IMG/VR virus record: IMGVR_UViG_3300022752_004330
Location: 49,690-113,689 of that record
Source: a virus
Length of the DNA stretch: 64,000 nucleotides
Reading direction: 5' to 3' (one strand)
Positions 20,347-29,638 of this stretch are shown piece after piece (position 1 is the first letter of the stretch; each line of letters opens with the position of its first letter). Position numbers and translations under genes: made by a program. The notes below the pieces were generated by a model. It worked only from the letters and a program-made list of their open reading frames with translations, was not told the origin of the DNA and did no database searches.

Positions 20347-22242
20347 TCAAATCTTTGTTTTATCAGTTTCTTTTGTTTTTTCTTTGGCTTCTACATCAAC
20401 AAACTCTTGTCCATTTGTTTCTGGAGCGGCGGGAGTTTTACTACGTTGTATATCATTAAAAGTATTACTTAATTTTAAACTTGATTCATCTATTTTTTCT
20501 TTATTATCTTCCGCCAGTGCTTCTCTTAATTCTTTTATGATATCTTCAACTTTAGCTTTTTCCTCTGCTGTAAATGTTGAATCAGCTTGTTTTAAAACAC
20601 TTTCCACATTATGTATCATACCGTCTGCCGAATTTCTTGAATTAATTTTTTCTATTTCTTTTTTATCGGCTTCAGCATTTTCTTCAGCTTCTTTAATCAT
20701 TCTTTGTATTTCTGCTTCTGTCAATCCGCTGTCACTCTTAATTGTTATTTTATTTTCTTTTCCTGTGTTTTTATCTTTGGCACTTATATGCATAATACCA
20801 TTAGCATCTATGTCTACTGTAACCTCAACTTGGGGAACACCTCTTGGTGCAGGCTCAATACCTTCTAGATTAAATTCTCCTAGCAGTTTATTATAGGCAA
20901 ACATTTCTCTTTCACCTTGTGCGATTTTGATTGTGACTGCAGGCTGATTATCTTCAGCTGTGCTAAATGTTCTACTTTGTTTCGTAGGAATAGTTGTATT
21001 TTTTTCTATAAGTTTATTAAACACACCACCTAGTGTTTCAATGCCTACACTTAGCGGAGTTACATCTAATAAAAGGACATCTTTCCTATCGCCTGATAAT
21101 ACAGCTCCTTGTATAGCGGCACCTACTGCTACTGCTTCATCTGGATTCACATCTTTTCTAGGCGACTTTCCAAAAATATCAGCAACTGCTTCTTGAACTT
21201 TAGGCATACGAGTCATGCCTCCTACAAGAATTACTTCATCTATATCACTTGGCTCGCATCCTGCATCTTTCAATGCTATTCTACAAGGTTCTAAACTACG
21301 ATCAATAAGATCTTCAACCAGATTTTCTAACTTTGTTTTTGTCATTTTAATATTCAAATGTTTAGGACCATTTGAATCTGCTGTGATATACGGGAGATTT
21401 ATATCAGTTTGTTGACTACTACTTAACTCAATCTTTGCCTTTTCTGCTGCTTCTTTTAACCTTTGTAAAGCCAACACGTCTTTTGTAAGATCAATACCTT
21501 GTTCTCTCTTAAACTCATCTACTAAAAAGTCCATTATTCTTTGGTCAAAATCTTCACCACCTAAGAATGTATCACCGTTTGTAGATAATACTTCGATTTG
21601 TTTATCTGCTTCTAACTGAGCTATCTCGATAATACTTATATCAAACGTACCGCCACCTAAATCGTATACAGCAATTTTTCTATCTTTTTTCTCTTCTTTA
21701 TCTACACCATAAGCCAACGCAGCAGCAGTGGGTTCATTAATGATACGAAGAACTTCCAAGCCAGCAATACGGCCAGCATCTTTAGTGGCTTGACGCTGAC
21801 TATCATTAAAATAGGCTGGAACAGTAATAACAGCTTCTGTCACTTCATGACCTAGGTAATCTTCTGCTGTTTTTTTCATTTTACGTAATACTTCAGCACT
21901 AACTTGAGGTGGCGCTACACGTTCACCATTGGCCTCAATCCATGTATCTCCATTGTCTGCTTTAACAATTTTATACGGCATGAGATTTATTTCTTTTTGT
22001 ATAGATTGCTCTGTAAATTTCCGCCCAATAAGACGTTTTGCGGCATAGATAGTGTTTTTTGGATTGGTAACGGCTTGGCGTTTTGCGCTGGCACCTACAA
22101 GAATTTCTTTATCAGTGTATGCTACTATGCTTGGGGTAGTACGTGCGCCTTCTGAATTTTCTATGACTTTTGCTGTTCCATTTTCAACAACAGCGACACA
22201 GCTATTAGTGGTACCTAGATCGATACCTATTACTTTACTCAT
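20347..22242 (-). CDS. dnaK: chaperone DnaK (Hsp70)
   Basis: [44 protein letters not shown]; start MSKVIG after AGGAGA. Confidence 0.97.
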   Translation of the reverse strand: MSKVIGIDLGTTNSCVAVVENGTAKVIENSEGARTTPSIVAYTDKEILVGASAKRQAVTNPKNTIYAAKRLIGRKFTEQSIQKEINLMPYKIVKADNGDTWIEANGERVAPPQVSAEVLRKMKKTAEDYLGHEVTEAVITVPAYFNDSQRQATKDAGRIAGLEVLRIINEPTAAALAYGVDKEEKKDRKIAVYDLGGGTFDISIIEIAQLEADKQIEVLSTNGDTFLGGEDFDQRIMDFLVDEFKREQGIDLTKDVLALQRLKEAAEKAKIELSSSQQTDINLPYITADSNGPKHLNIKMTKTKLENLVEDLIDRSLEPCRIALKDAGCEPSDIDEVILVGGMTRMPKVQEAVADIFGKSPRKDVNPDEAVAVGAAIQGAVLSGDRKDVLLLDVTPLSVGIETLGGVFNKLIEKNTTIPTKQSRTFSTAEDNQPAVTIKIAQGEREMFAYNKLLGEFNLEGIEPAPRGVPQVEVTVDIDANGIMHISAKDKNTGKENKITIKSDSGLTEAEIQRMIKEAEENAEADKKEIEKINSRNSADGMIHNVESVLKQADSTFTAEEKAKVEDIIKELREALAEDNKEKIDESSLKLSNTFNDIQRSKTPAAPETNGQEFVDVEAKEKTKETDKTKI

Positions 22243-22314
22243 TTTGAATTCTCCTTTGTTAAGCAAGATTATTTGAGCACCATGCTCGATGTAAAAACCT
22301 ATGGCTTTTTACAT
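22240..22314 (-). promoter_or_regulatory. ROSE-like RNA thermometer in dnaK leader
   Basis: Two hairpins then TCTTGCT-TAACAA-AGGAGA, nearly identical to the hsp20 leader. Confidence 0.6.
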
Positions 22315-22324
22315 TTTTTATTTA

Positions 22325-22630
22325 TCATTCATCTATAACATGATCTGCTTTCGGATCATATTTTTTTAGATAATTTTCTGTATAAGAATCAATACTTTGC
22401 TTAGAATTGTAATATATATTTAATTCTTTATTTTCTAAGAATTTTATTAGTGGAAATAACATTTTGTTAGTTAATCTAGAACTAAAATTTTCCAATACAT
22501 ATTCTAATTGATTTCTTTTTAATTGAGAGATGGCTAAATCTTTTTCTAATAACCTTGCCATCTCTACCCACTCTGTATACAGCTGGATTTCTTCATCTGT
22601 CATATTGTAATAATAATTTGGGGATTCCAA
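22325..22630 (-). CDS. hypothetical protein
   Basis: ORF in operon; true start probably MTDEEI. Confidence 0.55.
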   Translation of the reverse strand: MESPNYYYNMTDEEIQLYTEWVEMARLLEKDLAISQLKRNQLEYVLENFSSRLTNKMLFPLIKFLENKELNIYYNSKQSIDSYTENYLKKYDPKADHVIDE

Positions 22631-23442
22631 TATGACTCTTCATAGCCTTCATAACCTCTCGGGTTACAAACAACTCTAGTTGTTCCTACCATATAGTCAC
22701 TGGGGTCATGAACATGCCCATGTGTCCACAATTTTATCTGTGGTCTGTCTAAAATAAAATCTGATAGACTACTAGCATAACCACCATTCATAATTGTCTC
22801 TTCCACATACCTAGAACCAATACTAGCAAAGGTAGGCGCCATATGACTGACCACTACACACTTCCGGTTGGGATTAGCATCAAGAACTTCTCCGAAATAT
22901 TTCAATGTGCTAATATGTCTCTTGATGCAGTCATCTGGTCTTACTTTCCTAAAACCTTCTAGATCATGTTTAATGATTCTGAAATCATTCATCATACCTT
23001 GAATCGTATGTTTAGTAATAGGATCATGCTTATTCATGTCTGTCCATAATGTCCCGCCTACAAATAAGACATCATCAATTTCCTTTGTATCATTTTCTAG
23101 AAAATAGATGTTAGGAAATCGTGAGCACTCCGCTCTAAGATAATCTAGTCCGGCTACCCATTTACCATGATAAAACTCATGATTACCTGCAACATAGATA
23201 ACATGAGGGAACTGAAAACTAATTCTTTTAAGAAAGTCACGAAAACGCTGTGCTGCTGCTTGACGACTGCCCAATATCCGAACGATCTCGGGAGGGTAAG
23301 GAACATGTGGCTCTGGATGATCATGTAGATCCTGAGCAACCATGATATCACCACTTAGGATTAAAAGGTCATAGTCATGCTCATTCGTAACATTGACATC
23401 ACTGAATTCCAAATGTAGATCTGATACAACTTTTATTTTCAT
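22600..23442 (-). CDS. calcineurin-like metallophosphoesterase
   Basis: SDLH, GDI, GNHE, SHMAP, HGHVH, NPRGY. Confidence 0.9.
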   Translation of the reverse strand: MKIKVVSDLHLEFSDVNVTNEHDYDLLILSGDIMVAQDLHDHPEPHVPYPPEIVRILGSRQAAAQRFRDFLKRISFQFPHVIYVAGNHEFYHGKWVAGLDYLRAECSRFPNIYFLENDTKEIDDVLFVGGTLWTDMNKHDPITKHTIQGMMNDFRIIKHDLEGFRKVRPDDCIKRHISTLKYFGEVLDANPNRKCVVVSHMAPTFASIGSRYVEETIMNGGYASSLSDFILDRPQIKLWTHGHVHDPSDYMVGTTRVVCNPRGYEGYEESYWNPQIIITI

Positions 23443-23465
23443 ATAATTAGTTTAGCACAAAACGA

Positions 23466-23846
23466 TTACTTAGTCAACTTTAATATCATTTGATAGTTTT
23501 CCCAGGCTTTTTTCAATGCAGGATTAGTATGACGCAGACGACATTCCTCTTCATGCTCTGCTACAATATATTGCAAACGCTGGTATGAAGCGTGTAGGCC
23601 AAATGGCTTACTGTCAACTAATTGTGTTATACGGTTTTCATGTTCTACCAAAGCAGCGAACCGATCTTGCGGTAAACAGACATTTAACATAGGAATTTCC
23701 GTTATGTTAACAAAAATGTCTTTAGCCGTGCTAGTGTCATAGGTGTTATTCACACGCAAAGGTGGTAACTGGTGTCTACGAAAATACCTACCACTAGTGC
23801 TTACTGTGGCTTCATACCTACTGCAAAACTTATCTATATCATTCAT
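23466..23846 (-). CDS. hypothetical protein
   Basis: Ends E..LR..NPALKKAWENYQMIL; start MNDIDK overlaps upstream stop (ATGA). Confidence 0.65.
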   Translation of the reverse strand: MNDIDKFCSRYEATVSTSGRYFRRHQLPPLRVNNTYDTSTAKDIFVNITEIPMLNVCLPQDRFAALVEHENRITQLVDSKPFGLHASYQRLQYIVAEHEEECRLRHTNPALKKAWENYQMILKLTK

Positions 23847-24025
23847 GAATCCCACCTTAGCATAAACCATATTTTATGAGATTGTTCTTGAAATGTCAAT
23901 GCCATACCCTCTCTAGGTTGATAGCCAAATGTTTTCAAACTCTAAGAGTCAATCTCCAATACTCTATCAGCATACCAACTGTAGTCCACTATAATACCGT
24001 TAAGATCTGCCCAAAGAAACTTCAT
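23843..24025 (-). pseudogene. F-x-L-R-W family paralog with internal TAG
   Basis: MKFLWADLNGIIVDYSWYADRVLEIDS*SLKTFG...KIWFMLRWDS; TAG at 23944-23942; ATGA overlaps at both ends. Confidence 0.7.
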
Positions 24026-24252
24026 GACCACCTCAACATAAACCAAGTTAGATCTTTAGTATCTTCAAATATTACTTTATCTTCAATATCGTGTAGTTCT
24101 GCCGGGATATATCGTGCTCTGTATGGTTTCAGTTTTCTATTAAGTATTCTTAAGGCTATGTCATGGTCAGGATTATCCTGATTGGCCTTTACAAAGTTTT
24201 GCCAATATATGGGACAATTTATTAGCATAGTATCTAAATAAAAACCAATCAT
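24022..24252 (-). CDS. small F-x-L-R-W family protein
   Basis: Ends FEDTKDLTWFMLRWS. Confidence 0.7.
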   Translation of the reverse strand: MIGFYLDTMLINCPIYWQNFVKANQDNPDHDIALRILNRKLKPYRARYIPAELHDIEDKVIFEDTKDLTWFMLRWS

Positions 24253-24425
24253 GACCACCTCAATAGGAACCAAAGATAATCACGTTCATTCTTAAATTCA
24301 AAAACGCCTTCACCTTGGTAAAACCATTCATATGCGGATATATTTTTTTCACACCATGCTATACATCTATTCCAATGAACATCATGTTGTGGCGGGCTTA
24401 TACTAATTACGTGCCAGTTGAGCAT
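24249..24425 (-). CDS. small F-x-L-R-W family protein
   Basis: AWCE...FEFKNERDYLWFLLRWS. Confidence 0.7.
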   Translation of the reverse strand: MLNWHVISISPPQHDVHWNRCIAWCEKNISAYEWFYQGEGVFEFKNERDYLWFLLRWS

Positions 24426-24679
24426 GACTGTGACTCTGCCCAACGTAGTGAAAACATAGTAGCATCTTTGTCATCTTTGAATATAAATGTAGCGTTGCCT
24501 TTATCCTCATTTTCCCATATATCTTTAGATGTATCAGAATTCGCGTACCAAGCTACCGGACTATTCATATTTTCCAACTGTTTTTTCCACCATGCTTCTT
24601 GCCCATATTGTTCTTTACACCAGGCTCGCATATCCCTGTACTTCTGAAGACTAACTTCTTTCATCTTGATCTCTGTCAT
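24407..24679 (-). CDS. small F-x-L-R-W family protein
   Basis: AWCKEQYG...FIFKDDKDATMFSLRW. Confidence 0.7.
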   Translation of the reverse strand: MTEIKMKEVSLQKYRDMRAWCKEQYGQEAWWKKQLENMNSPVAWYANSDTSKDIWENEDKGNATFIFKDDKDATMFSLRWAESQSCSTGT

Positions 24680-24680
24680 A

Positions 24681-24950
24681 TTATTTCCATTTAAGAGTAA
24701 ACCAGTTGTATTCTTTATCAGTTTGAAAATAAATTCTTCTGTTCCACTGCGAGCATTCCCAAGACCATACATTTGGCTCTAATTCGTGATGCTCTATTTC
24801 AGCACCAGGTCCCCAATTCTGCCAACACCAGTTTCTAACTTCAATAAATTTTTTAGCTTCACTTTTATGAAATTGAATCCCATATTTGAATATGGTATGT
24901 CCGTTGTATCTTTTGTCTAGTTTTAAAGTCTTCATATGTTTATTATACAA
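24681..24950 (-). CDS. small F-x-L-R-W family protein
   Basis: NWCWQNWG...IYFQTDKEYNWFTLKWK; true start probably MKTLKL. Confidence 0.7.
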   Translation of the reverse strand: MYNKHMKTLKLDKRYNGHTIFKYGIQFHKSEAKKFIEVRNWCWQNWGPGAEIEHHELEPNVWSWECSQWNRRIYFQTDKEYNWFTLKWK

Positions 24951-24970
24951 AAAATTTAGATTATGGTCAA
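24942..24970 (-). promoter_or_regulatory. sigma70 promoter
   Basis: TTGACC-17-TATAAT. Confidence 0.7.
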
Positions 24971-24994
24971 TAAATATTACTATAAAGGATAGTT

Positions 24995-25414
24995 ATGTCT
25001 AAAATTAAAAAAGCTCTTTGGGTATCACTGGGATTCGTTTTTCTAGTTATCGCATATATAGGTGTAATCACTCCTGGCATACCTTGGTCTACTCCTACTG
25101 TTATTGCAGCCTACTGCTTTGCGAAAGGAAGCGAACGATGGCATAACTGGATAATGAATCATAAACTATTTGGTCCTTTTCTTAGGAACTGGAGTGAGAG
25201 GCGTGTGTTTCCTAAGTATGGCAAATGGGCAATGTTTATTACCATGGACATAAGTTTAATCATTATTTGGTTCACAACTTACAATTGGAAACTCACTGCT
25301 GGAATAGGATTAATGATGATGTTAGTAGCAATTTGGGCGTGGAAATATCCTGAAACACCTGAAGAATATGATCGTAGAAAAGAAAATGGGTTGAAAATAG
25401 GATGGATTAGGTAA
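24995..25414 (+). CDS. YbaN/DUF454 family inner membrane protein
   Basis: IGVITPGIP.TP...AAYCFAKGSERWHNW..NHKLFGPFLRNW. Confidence 0.85.
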   Translation: MSKIKKALWVSLGFVFLVIAYIGVITPGIPWSTPTVIAAYCFAKGSERWHNWIMNHKLFGPFLRNWSERRVFPKYGKWAMFITMDISLIIIWFTTYNWKLTAGIGLMMMLVAIWAWKYPETPEEYDRRKENGLKIGWIR

Positions 25415-25919
25415 CAAGTTCAAACAAATTAATTTCAGGGTTAGGTCTAGGCTTATTTTTTTTTATTTTCTTTTCCTTTGGTTTCTCAATGTCGCAAGGT
25501 GTTCCATCGAACCTATAATGATACTTCAGTGCATCTGCACAGATTATGTTTTGTTCAACTATATGCTGAAGATCTTCTCTACCACATAACAAGCGTTTTT
25601 GGCACTCAGCAATATTATCGGGCATTAGGTCCACCCCATATATAGTAGATAATGCCTGTTCAAAAGTTGAGCCATGCTCCATTTTACGTATTAAAACTTC
25701 TCCAAGAAATTGTCCATCACCGCAAGAGTTATCTAAAAACGTACTAGACTCATCTGTAAAAACAGTTTCAGGTAATTGGTCTAATAACTCTTCTACCAAA
25801 GGTGTCGGAGTAAATACTTCTCCTGTGGCTTTAATACGCTGTTTATCACGCTCAACTCCACTCATATATTCTCTGCCTCTGATATGTTTTATAACTTCAT
25901 TCAACATTGTCTTCGACAT
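25407..25919 (-). CDS. short N6-adenine methyltransferase-like protein
   Basis: GEVFTP and FLDNSCGDGQFL SAM-binding motifs, IYGVDL; no NPPY seen. Confidence 0.75.
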   Translation of the reverse strand: MSKTMLNEVIKHIRGREYMSGVERDKQRIKATGEVFTPTPLVEELLDQLPETVFTDESSTFLDNSCGDGQFLGEVLIRKMEHGSTFEQALSTIYGVDLMPDNIAECQKRLLCGREDLQHIVEQNIICADALKYHYRFDGTPCDIEKPKEKKIKKNKPRPNPEINLFELVT

Positions 25920-27099
25920 AATCTATCTCTTTTTTAGTAAGTTTAAAATATTCGTAAATATCATTATTAGTCCAAACTTTATTAAGATCTAATTTTGGCA
26001 TTATATTAGGAATATGTTTTTCTATGTACTGATTAGAACGGTTACCTTCTATAATAAATTTAAATATTTTACTGTTAAGTTGGGATTCTGCACTGGCTAA
26101 ATGTTGTTTATCTATAAGCTCTCTATGTGCATGTTGCGCAGGAGTGATTTGTCCGTCATCAGCCATAACCTTATATTTTCCAACATAAGATAACATTACT
26201 TTAGAATCATTATGATTTTCACCTTGTTTGTTGCAGTATTTTATTTCTGCACTGCCATGACTGTCAAAAAATTTATATGGAAACTCTTTGGTTTTAGAAA
26301 TATTAATTCTAAGACTTTTATTAAGATTTGTTTGTTTTTGAAAAAACTTCCAACGGTTTCCTTTTGAAAGGACAACCTTATTGAATATACTAAATCCTTC
26401 TTTGCTAAGATCTCTGGGAATTAGAGGAAGTTTATTTAAATCAATAGTTTCTTTACCGAAGTTTGTTGTCATAACTGAGGTAGAATGATTATCTAGAATC
26501 TTTTGAACAACAAAATAACTTATAGTAGATCCAACATTAAAATATTTCTCGCACTCATTTAGATTTATGGCAATAGTTTTATATGGCTTAAGGATATCCT
26601 TGAATAAGCCCTTTCGTTCAGTTCTTAGATCATTTGTAGGAGTTCTCCAACCATCTGGGGTGATAAAACAAATATATCCATTATCTTGTAATAAATCCCA
26701 CCCTTTAAATGTAAAAGGAGCCCAAAGATTATCGTTTACCTTTTTGCCATGTTTAGATTTTTTCTGATAAGGAGGATTGCCTACCACCACGGTAAATTTC
26801 ATTGGTTTAAACTCCATTTCTAAGAAATCGCCTTGCTTGTATTTTCCTACAAGTTTATGTTTATTTACAGCATACGTTATACGGTGCTCAAATTCTTCAT
26901 ATCCAAAGACTCTGTTTGAAATATTCTCAATATCATGCCCTGCTTTCATTAACCTAGATTCAATTTCACGTACAAATTGACCCCCGCCGATAGCAGGATC
27001 TAAGAAAGTAGAAGTTTTACTGGTCCATATTGAATTTGGTAAATTATCTAAAATTTCAGAAACTAATAAATTAATTTCAAATTTCATTCTACCTAACAT
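25897..27099 (-). CDS. Eco57I-like N6-adenine DNA methyltransferase
   Basis: FLDPAIGGGQF (motif I), VVGNPPY (motif IV), ICFITP, TRD-like C-terminus. Confidence 0.85.
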   Translation of the reverse strand: MLGRMKFEINLLVSEILDNLPNSIWTSKTSTFLDPAIGGGQFVREIESRLMKAGHDIENISNRVFGYEEFEHRITYAVNKHKLVGKYKQGDFLEMEFKPMKFTVVVGNPPYQKKSKHGKKVNDNLWAPFTFKGWDLLQDNGYICFITPDGWRTPTNDLRTERKGLFKDILKPYKTIAINLNECEKYFNVGSTISYFVVQKILDNHSTSVMTTNFGKETIDLNKLPLIPRDLSKEGFSIFNKVVLSKGNRWKFFQKQTNLNKSLRINISKTKEFPYKFFDSHGSAEIKYCNKQGENHNDSKVMLSYVGKYKVMADDGQITPAQHAHRELIDKQHLASAESQLNSKIFKFIIEGNRSNQYIEKHIPNIMPKLDLNKVWTNNDIYEYFKLTKKEIDYVEDNVE

Positions 27100-27122
27100 A
27101 TGAGCTCCGAAGTGATAGTGTT

Positions 27123-27151
27123 AGTATAGCACAGATCTTTCTTATTGTCAA
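27123..27151 (-). promoter_or_regulatory. sigma70 promoter for the methyltransferases
   Basis: TTGACA-17-TATACT. Confidence 0.75.
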
Positions 27152-27157
27152 TTTTTG

Positions 27158-28411
27158 TTAGGCAAATATAAGTTCAATTAGATCACGCTCAATTACACCG
27201 CCTAAAATTAACTCTTTAATCATGTCATATTCTACACCAAAATCTTCACTTATTCCTTGCCTAATAATAGCTGGTTTTTTATCTAAAATTTCAAATGCTT
27301 CGTCTAATGTTGTTCCTCCTTGGTACTTTATAATGTCAATATTTTGAGCTATGGTAACAATCATTTTTCGTGCATCCTCTAGCAGACTTTTGGAGATGTC
27401 TTTTTTGTTAGACGTTTTGTCTTTTGAATTGATTATACTAGTCTTTCCACGCTGTGCAACTTCTTTCGTAGCAGCTCTAAATAGGTCAATATTGCCTAGA
27501 GCTAACGCTCTAATCTGCTCTACGGTCATTTCTTCAATTCTGGCAACTTTACCTATTACTCTGTGAATACTTTTCCTTGCTATGGCTTCTTCTAAATATT
27601 CATCTATTTCAATTTTGACTGCGCCATCGGGTTGACATTTAAAAATATCCACAGTTTTAAGTACATCTCTTAAAGCCTGTTTCATGTCTTTCACCTGCTT
27701 ATTTTTATTATAGTTTCTGGCAGTTTCAATCAACATAGCGTCGAACTTATCATCTCTGTTTGGATCAAAGCTTAAACTTATTACACGACCGATTTTACCT
27801 TGTTTATGAGGGGTTAATGTTCTGCTCATTTTTTGAATAGTGGCACCGTTATCTCCTGTATCATAAGCCAAATATAGCTCGGTAATCTGAGGAATGCTAA
27901 AACTTCGTTGTGCCATACCTGCACTGATTATTAGAACATGTTGACTAGATTTTTCTGCCAGTTCAATCGCTTCTTTCACTTCTCGTTCAGCTGTGGCGTT
28001 GGTAATATCTTCCGCACCACTTACTAATATAACACGAAATCCTCTAAGAGCTTGTTCTGCAATTGGTTTAATTTCCAATAAATTTTCATTAGTAGTGGAC
28101 CCAGGTAAAAACATCATAGCAACTTTAATACCTTCCTTGGCCTTACGTCCTGTTTGGAAATCTACATTGAGGCTGTCATCACCTCCTTTGCCTTCAAAGA
28201 CAGCCTGTAGCATGTTTGTAAAAAACCCTTTGGCTTTAATTGGCTGAGCAGAAAATTTTGTCCAACTAGGTAAAAATATTCCATCCTGAATGAACGCATC
28301 TGGTTCTGCTGTTCTAGCTATATTGACCACACTGGTTAAATTCATCTGATAGAATTCAACATCTACGTAAAGCTGATGTCTTGTAGTATCTACTTTAAAA
28401 TGTTTTAGCAT
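27158..28411 (-). CDS. SF2 helicase C-terminal half-like protein
   Basis: ISAGMAQRSFSIPQI (motif V-like) and IQKMSRTLT (motif VI-like); follows the N-terminal half after a 1-nt gap. Confidence 0.55.
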   Translation of the reverse strand: MLKHFKVDTTRHQLYVDVEFYQMNLTSVVNIARTAEPDAFIQDGIFLPSWTKFSAQPIKAKGFFTNMLQAVFEGKGGDDSLNVDFQTGRKAKEGIKVAMMFLPGSTTNENLLEIKPIAEQALRGFRVILVSGAEDITNATAEREVKEAIELAEKSSQHVLIISAGMAQRSFSIPQITELYLAYDTGDNGATIQKMSRTLTPHKQGKIGRVISLSFDPNRDDKFDAMLIETARNYNKNKQVKDMKQALRDVLKTVDIFKCQPDGAVKIEIDEYLEEAIARKSIHRVIGKVARIEEMTVEQIRALALGNIDLFRAATKEVAQRGKTSIINSKDKTSNKKDISKSLLEDARKMIVTIAQNIDIIKYQGGTTLDEAFEILDKKPAIIRQGISEDFGVEYDMIKELILGGVIERDLIELIFA

Positions 28412-28412
28412 A

Positions 28413-29375
28413 TTATTGTTCCAAACGTTCTTTGTGTTTTTCTATTAATAACTCTGGATAGGTTACAGAAAGATAATGATCTACTGGCCAAATACTAGCC
28501 GCTTTATCTCCGTTAGTGCCGGTCATTAATAAGACAACATCATTCTCTGCTCTTGCTTGAATTAAAGGTAAACTTTGCCCCGGCCTATGGACACCAAAGT
28601 CTGCTTCGTCAATTATCATTAATTTCTTTGTTTCCTGTGAAAACAAGAAATCAATTTTATTTTGTCTACGTTGCCCAGAACACATGGATAAAAATACAAT
28701 AACCTGTTTATTTTCGGCCAATGATTCAGATACTTTATTTTCCCAATTAGATTCGCCAGCTTCTACCAGAACAAAATTCCTAAACTGTTCGAAACTGTTT
28801 AGATCTTTTTTGAAACTGGCAAAACTGGTTAATACATAACTAGCAACAATAGTCAATGCAAATTCTGTTTCTCTTATTAATACTCCACTCCAGATTGTTT
28901 TTCCGAAGCGGGCACATAATTCTGCCACAATCGTTCTCTTATCTTGGTTAATGGAATTAATAACATTGATAGCAGCATCATATTGATTTTGGCTAATAGC
29001 TACCAAAGGTAGTGATTGACCTACTCTTTTTAATAACTCGTTTATCCTAAACGACATTTCAGTAGAATTGAGTGTGTGTACTTCTCCTGTAGTGCCTTTA
29101 CGATACCCAATTTGTTCACGTATATAATCATCTACGCGACCATGTTGTTTAAATCGTTCTGGACATTTAGATATTGCTAATTCTGACACATCCCAAAAAC
29201 TAACGAGCTCAATAGTTCCGTCACGAATTTTATCTTTGCGTACACCAACAGAATCTTTAATCCTACTCCAAATTTCTTTTTCAGGGTCTTGACCAGCCTT
29301 TACCCAGCGTTCTCCAAATTTACATTCATTCTCATCTGTGGTTTCATGCCATAGATAACAAAACATTCTATCCAT
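28413..29375 (-). CDS. nuclease-like N-domain plus SF2 helicase N-terminal half
   Basis: CYLW...KFG (GIY-YIG/T5orf172-like); ARFGKT Walker A, IIDEAD Walker B, MTGT motif III. Confidence 0.7.
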   Translation of the reverse strand: MDRMFCYLWHETTDENECKFGERWVKAGQDPEKEIWSRIKDSVGVRKDKIRDGTIELVSFWDVSELAISKCPERFKQHGRVDDYIREQIGYRKGTTGEVHTLNSTEMSFRINELLKRVGQSLPLVAISQNQYDAAINVINSINQDKRTIVAELCARFGKTIWSGVLIRETEFALTIVASYVLTSFASFKKDLNSFEQFRNFVLVEAGESNWENKVSESLAENKQVIVFLSMCSGQRRQNKIDFLFSQETKKLMIIDEADFGVHRPGQSLPLIQARAENDVVLLMTGTNGDKAASIWPVDHYLSVTYPELLIEKHKERLEQ

Positions 29376-29378
29376 TGT

Positions 29379-29552
29379 TCATTCCGATCCATAATCTGCG
29401 TTTGCGATCTCTTCTTCCCAAAATGCACGAGCATCTTTTTCATGCTCAAAGCTTTCCAAAACATTCATACCGCCCAAGGGATGAGGGAACCAAACATGCC
29501 AAACAGCATCGTCTTCATCGTAGGTGCAAAAAAGTTCTACCTTTTCCTGCAT
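29379..29552 (-). CDS. small acidic early protein (57 aa, not in ORF track)
   Basis: MQEKVELFCTYDEDDAVWHVWFPHP...; GGAG SD; consensus promoter upstream. Confidence 0.65.
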   Translation of the reverse strand: MQEKVELFCTYDEDDAVWHVWFPHPLGGMNVLESFEHEKDARAFWEEEIANADYGSE

Positions 29553-29581
29553 GATCACTCCAAATTGTTAGTGTATATCTT

Positions 29582-29610
29582 ATTATACAATAAAAAAACC
29601 GGACTGTCAA
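29582..29610 (-). promoter_or_regulatory. consensus sigma70 promoter overlapping a terminator
   Basis: TTGACA-17-TATAAT; AAACCGGAC-TTGACA-GTCCGGTTTTTTT hairpin ends the DUF2828 transcript. Confidence 0.8.
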
Positions 29611-29638
29611 GTCCGGTTTAGTCGAACTACTTAATTGG

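Noticed and set aside
20336-22276. Plus-strand ORFs opposite dnaK (likewise opposite nrdA, clpX, phoX and others)
   Set aside because: Antisense shadows of well-supported genes with no independent motifs or SD
23942-23944. Genome-wide TAG recoding (alternative genetic code)
   Set aside because: TAG ends nrdA exactly at its conserved CESCKL terminus and ends other genes; long genes are intact in code 11, so this is a single nonsense site
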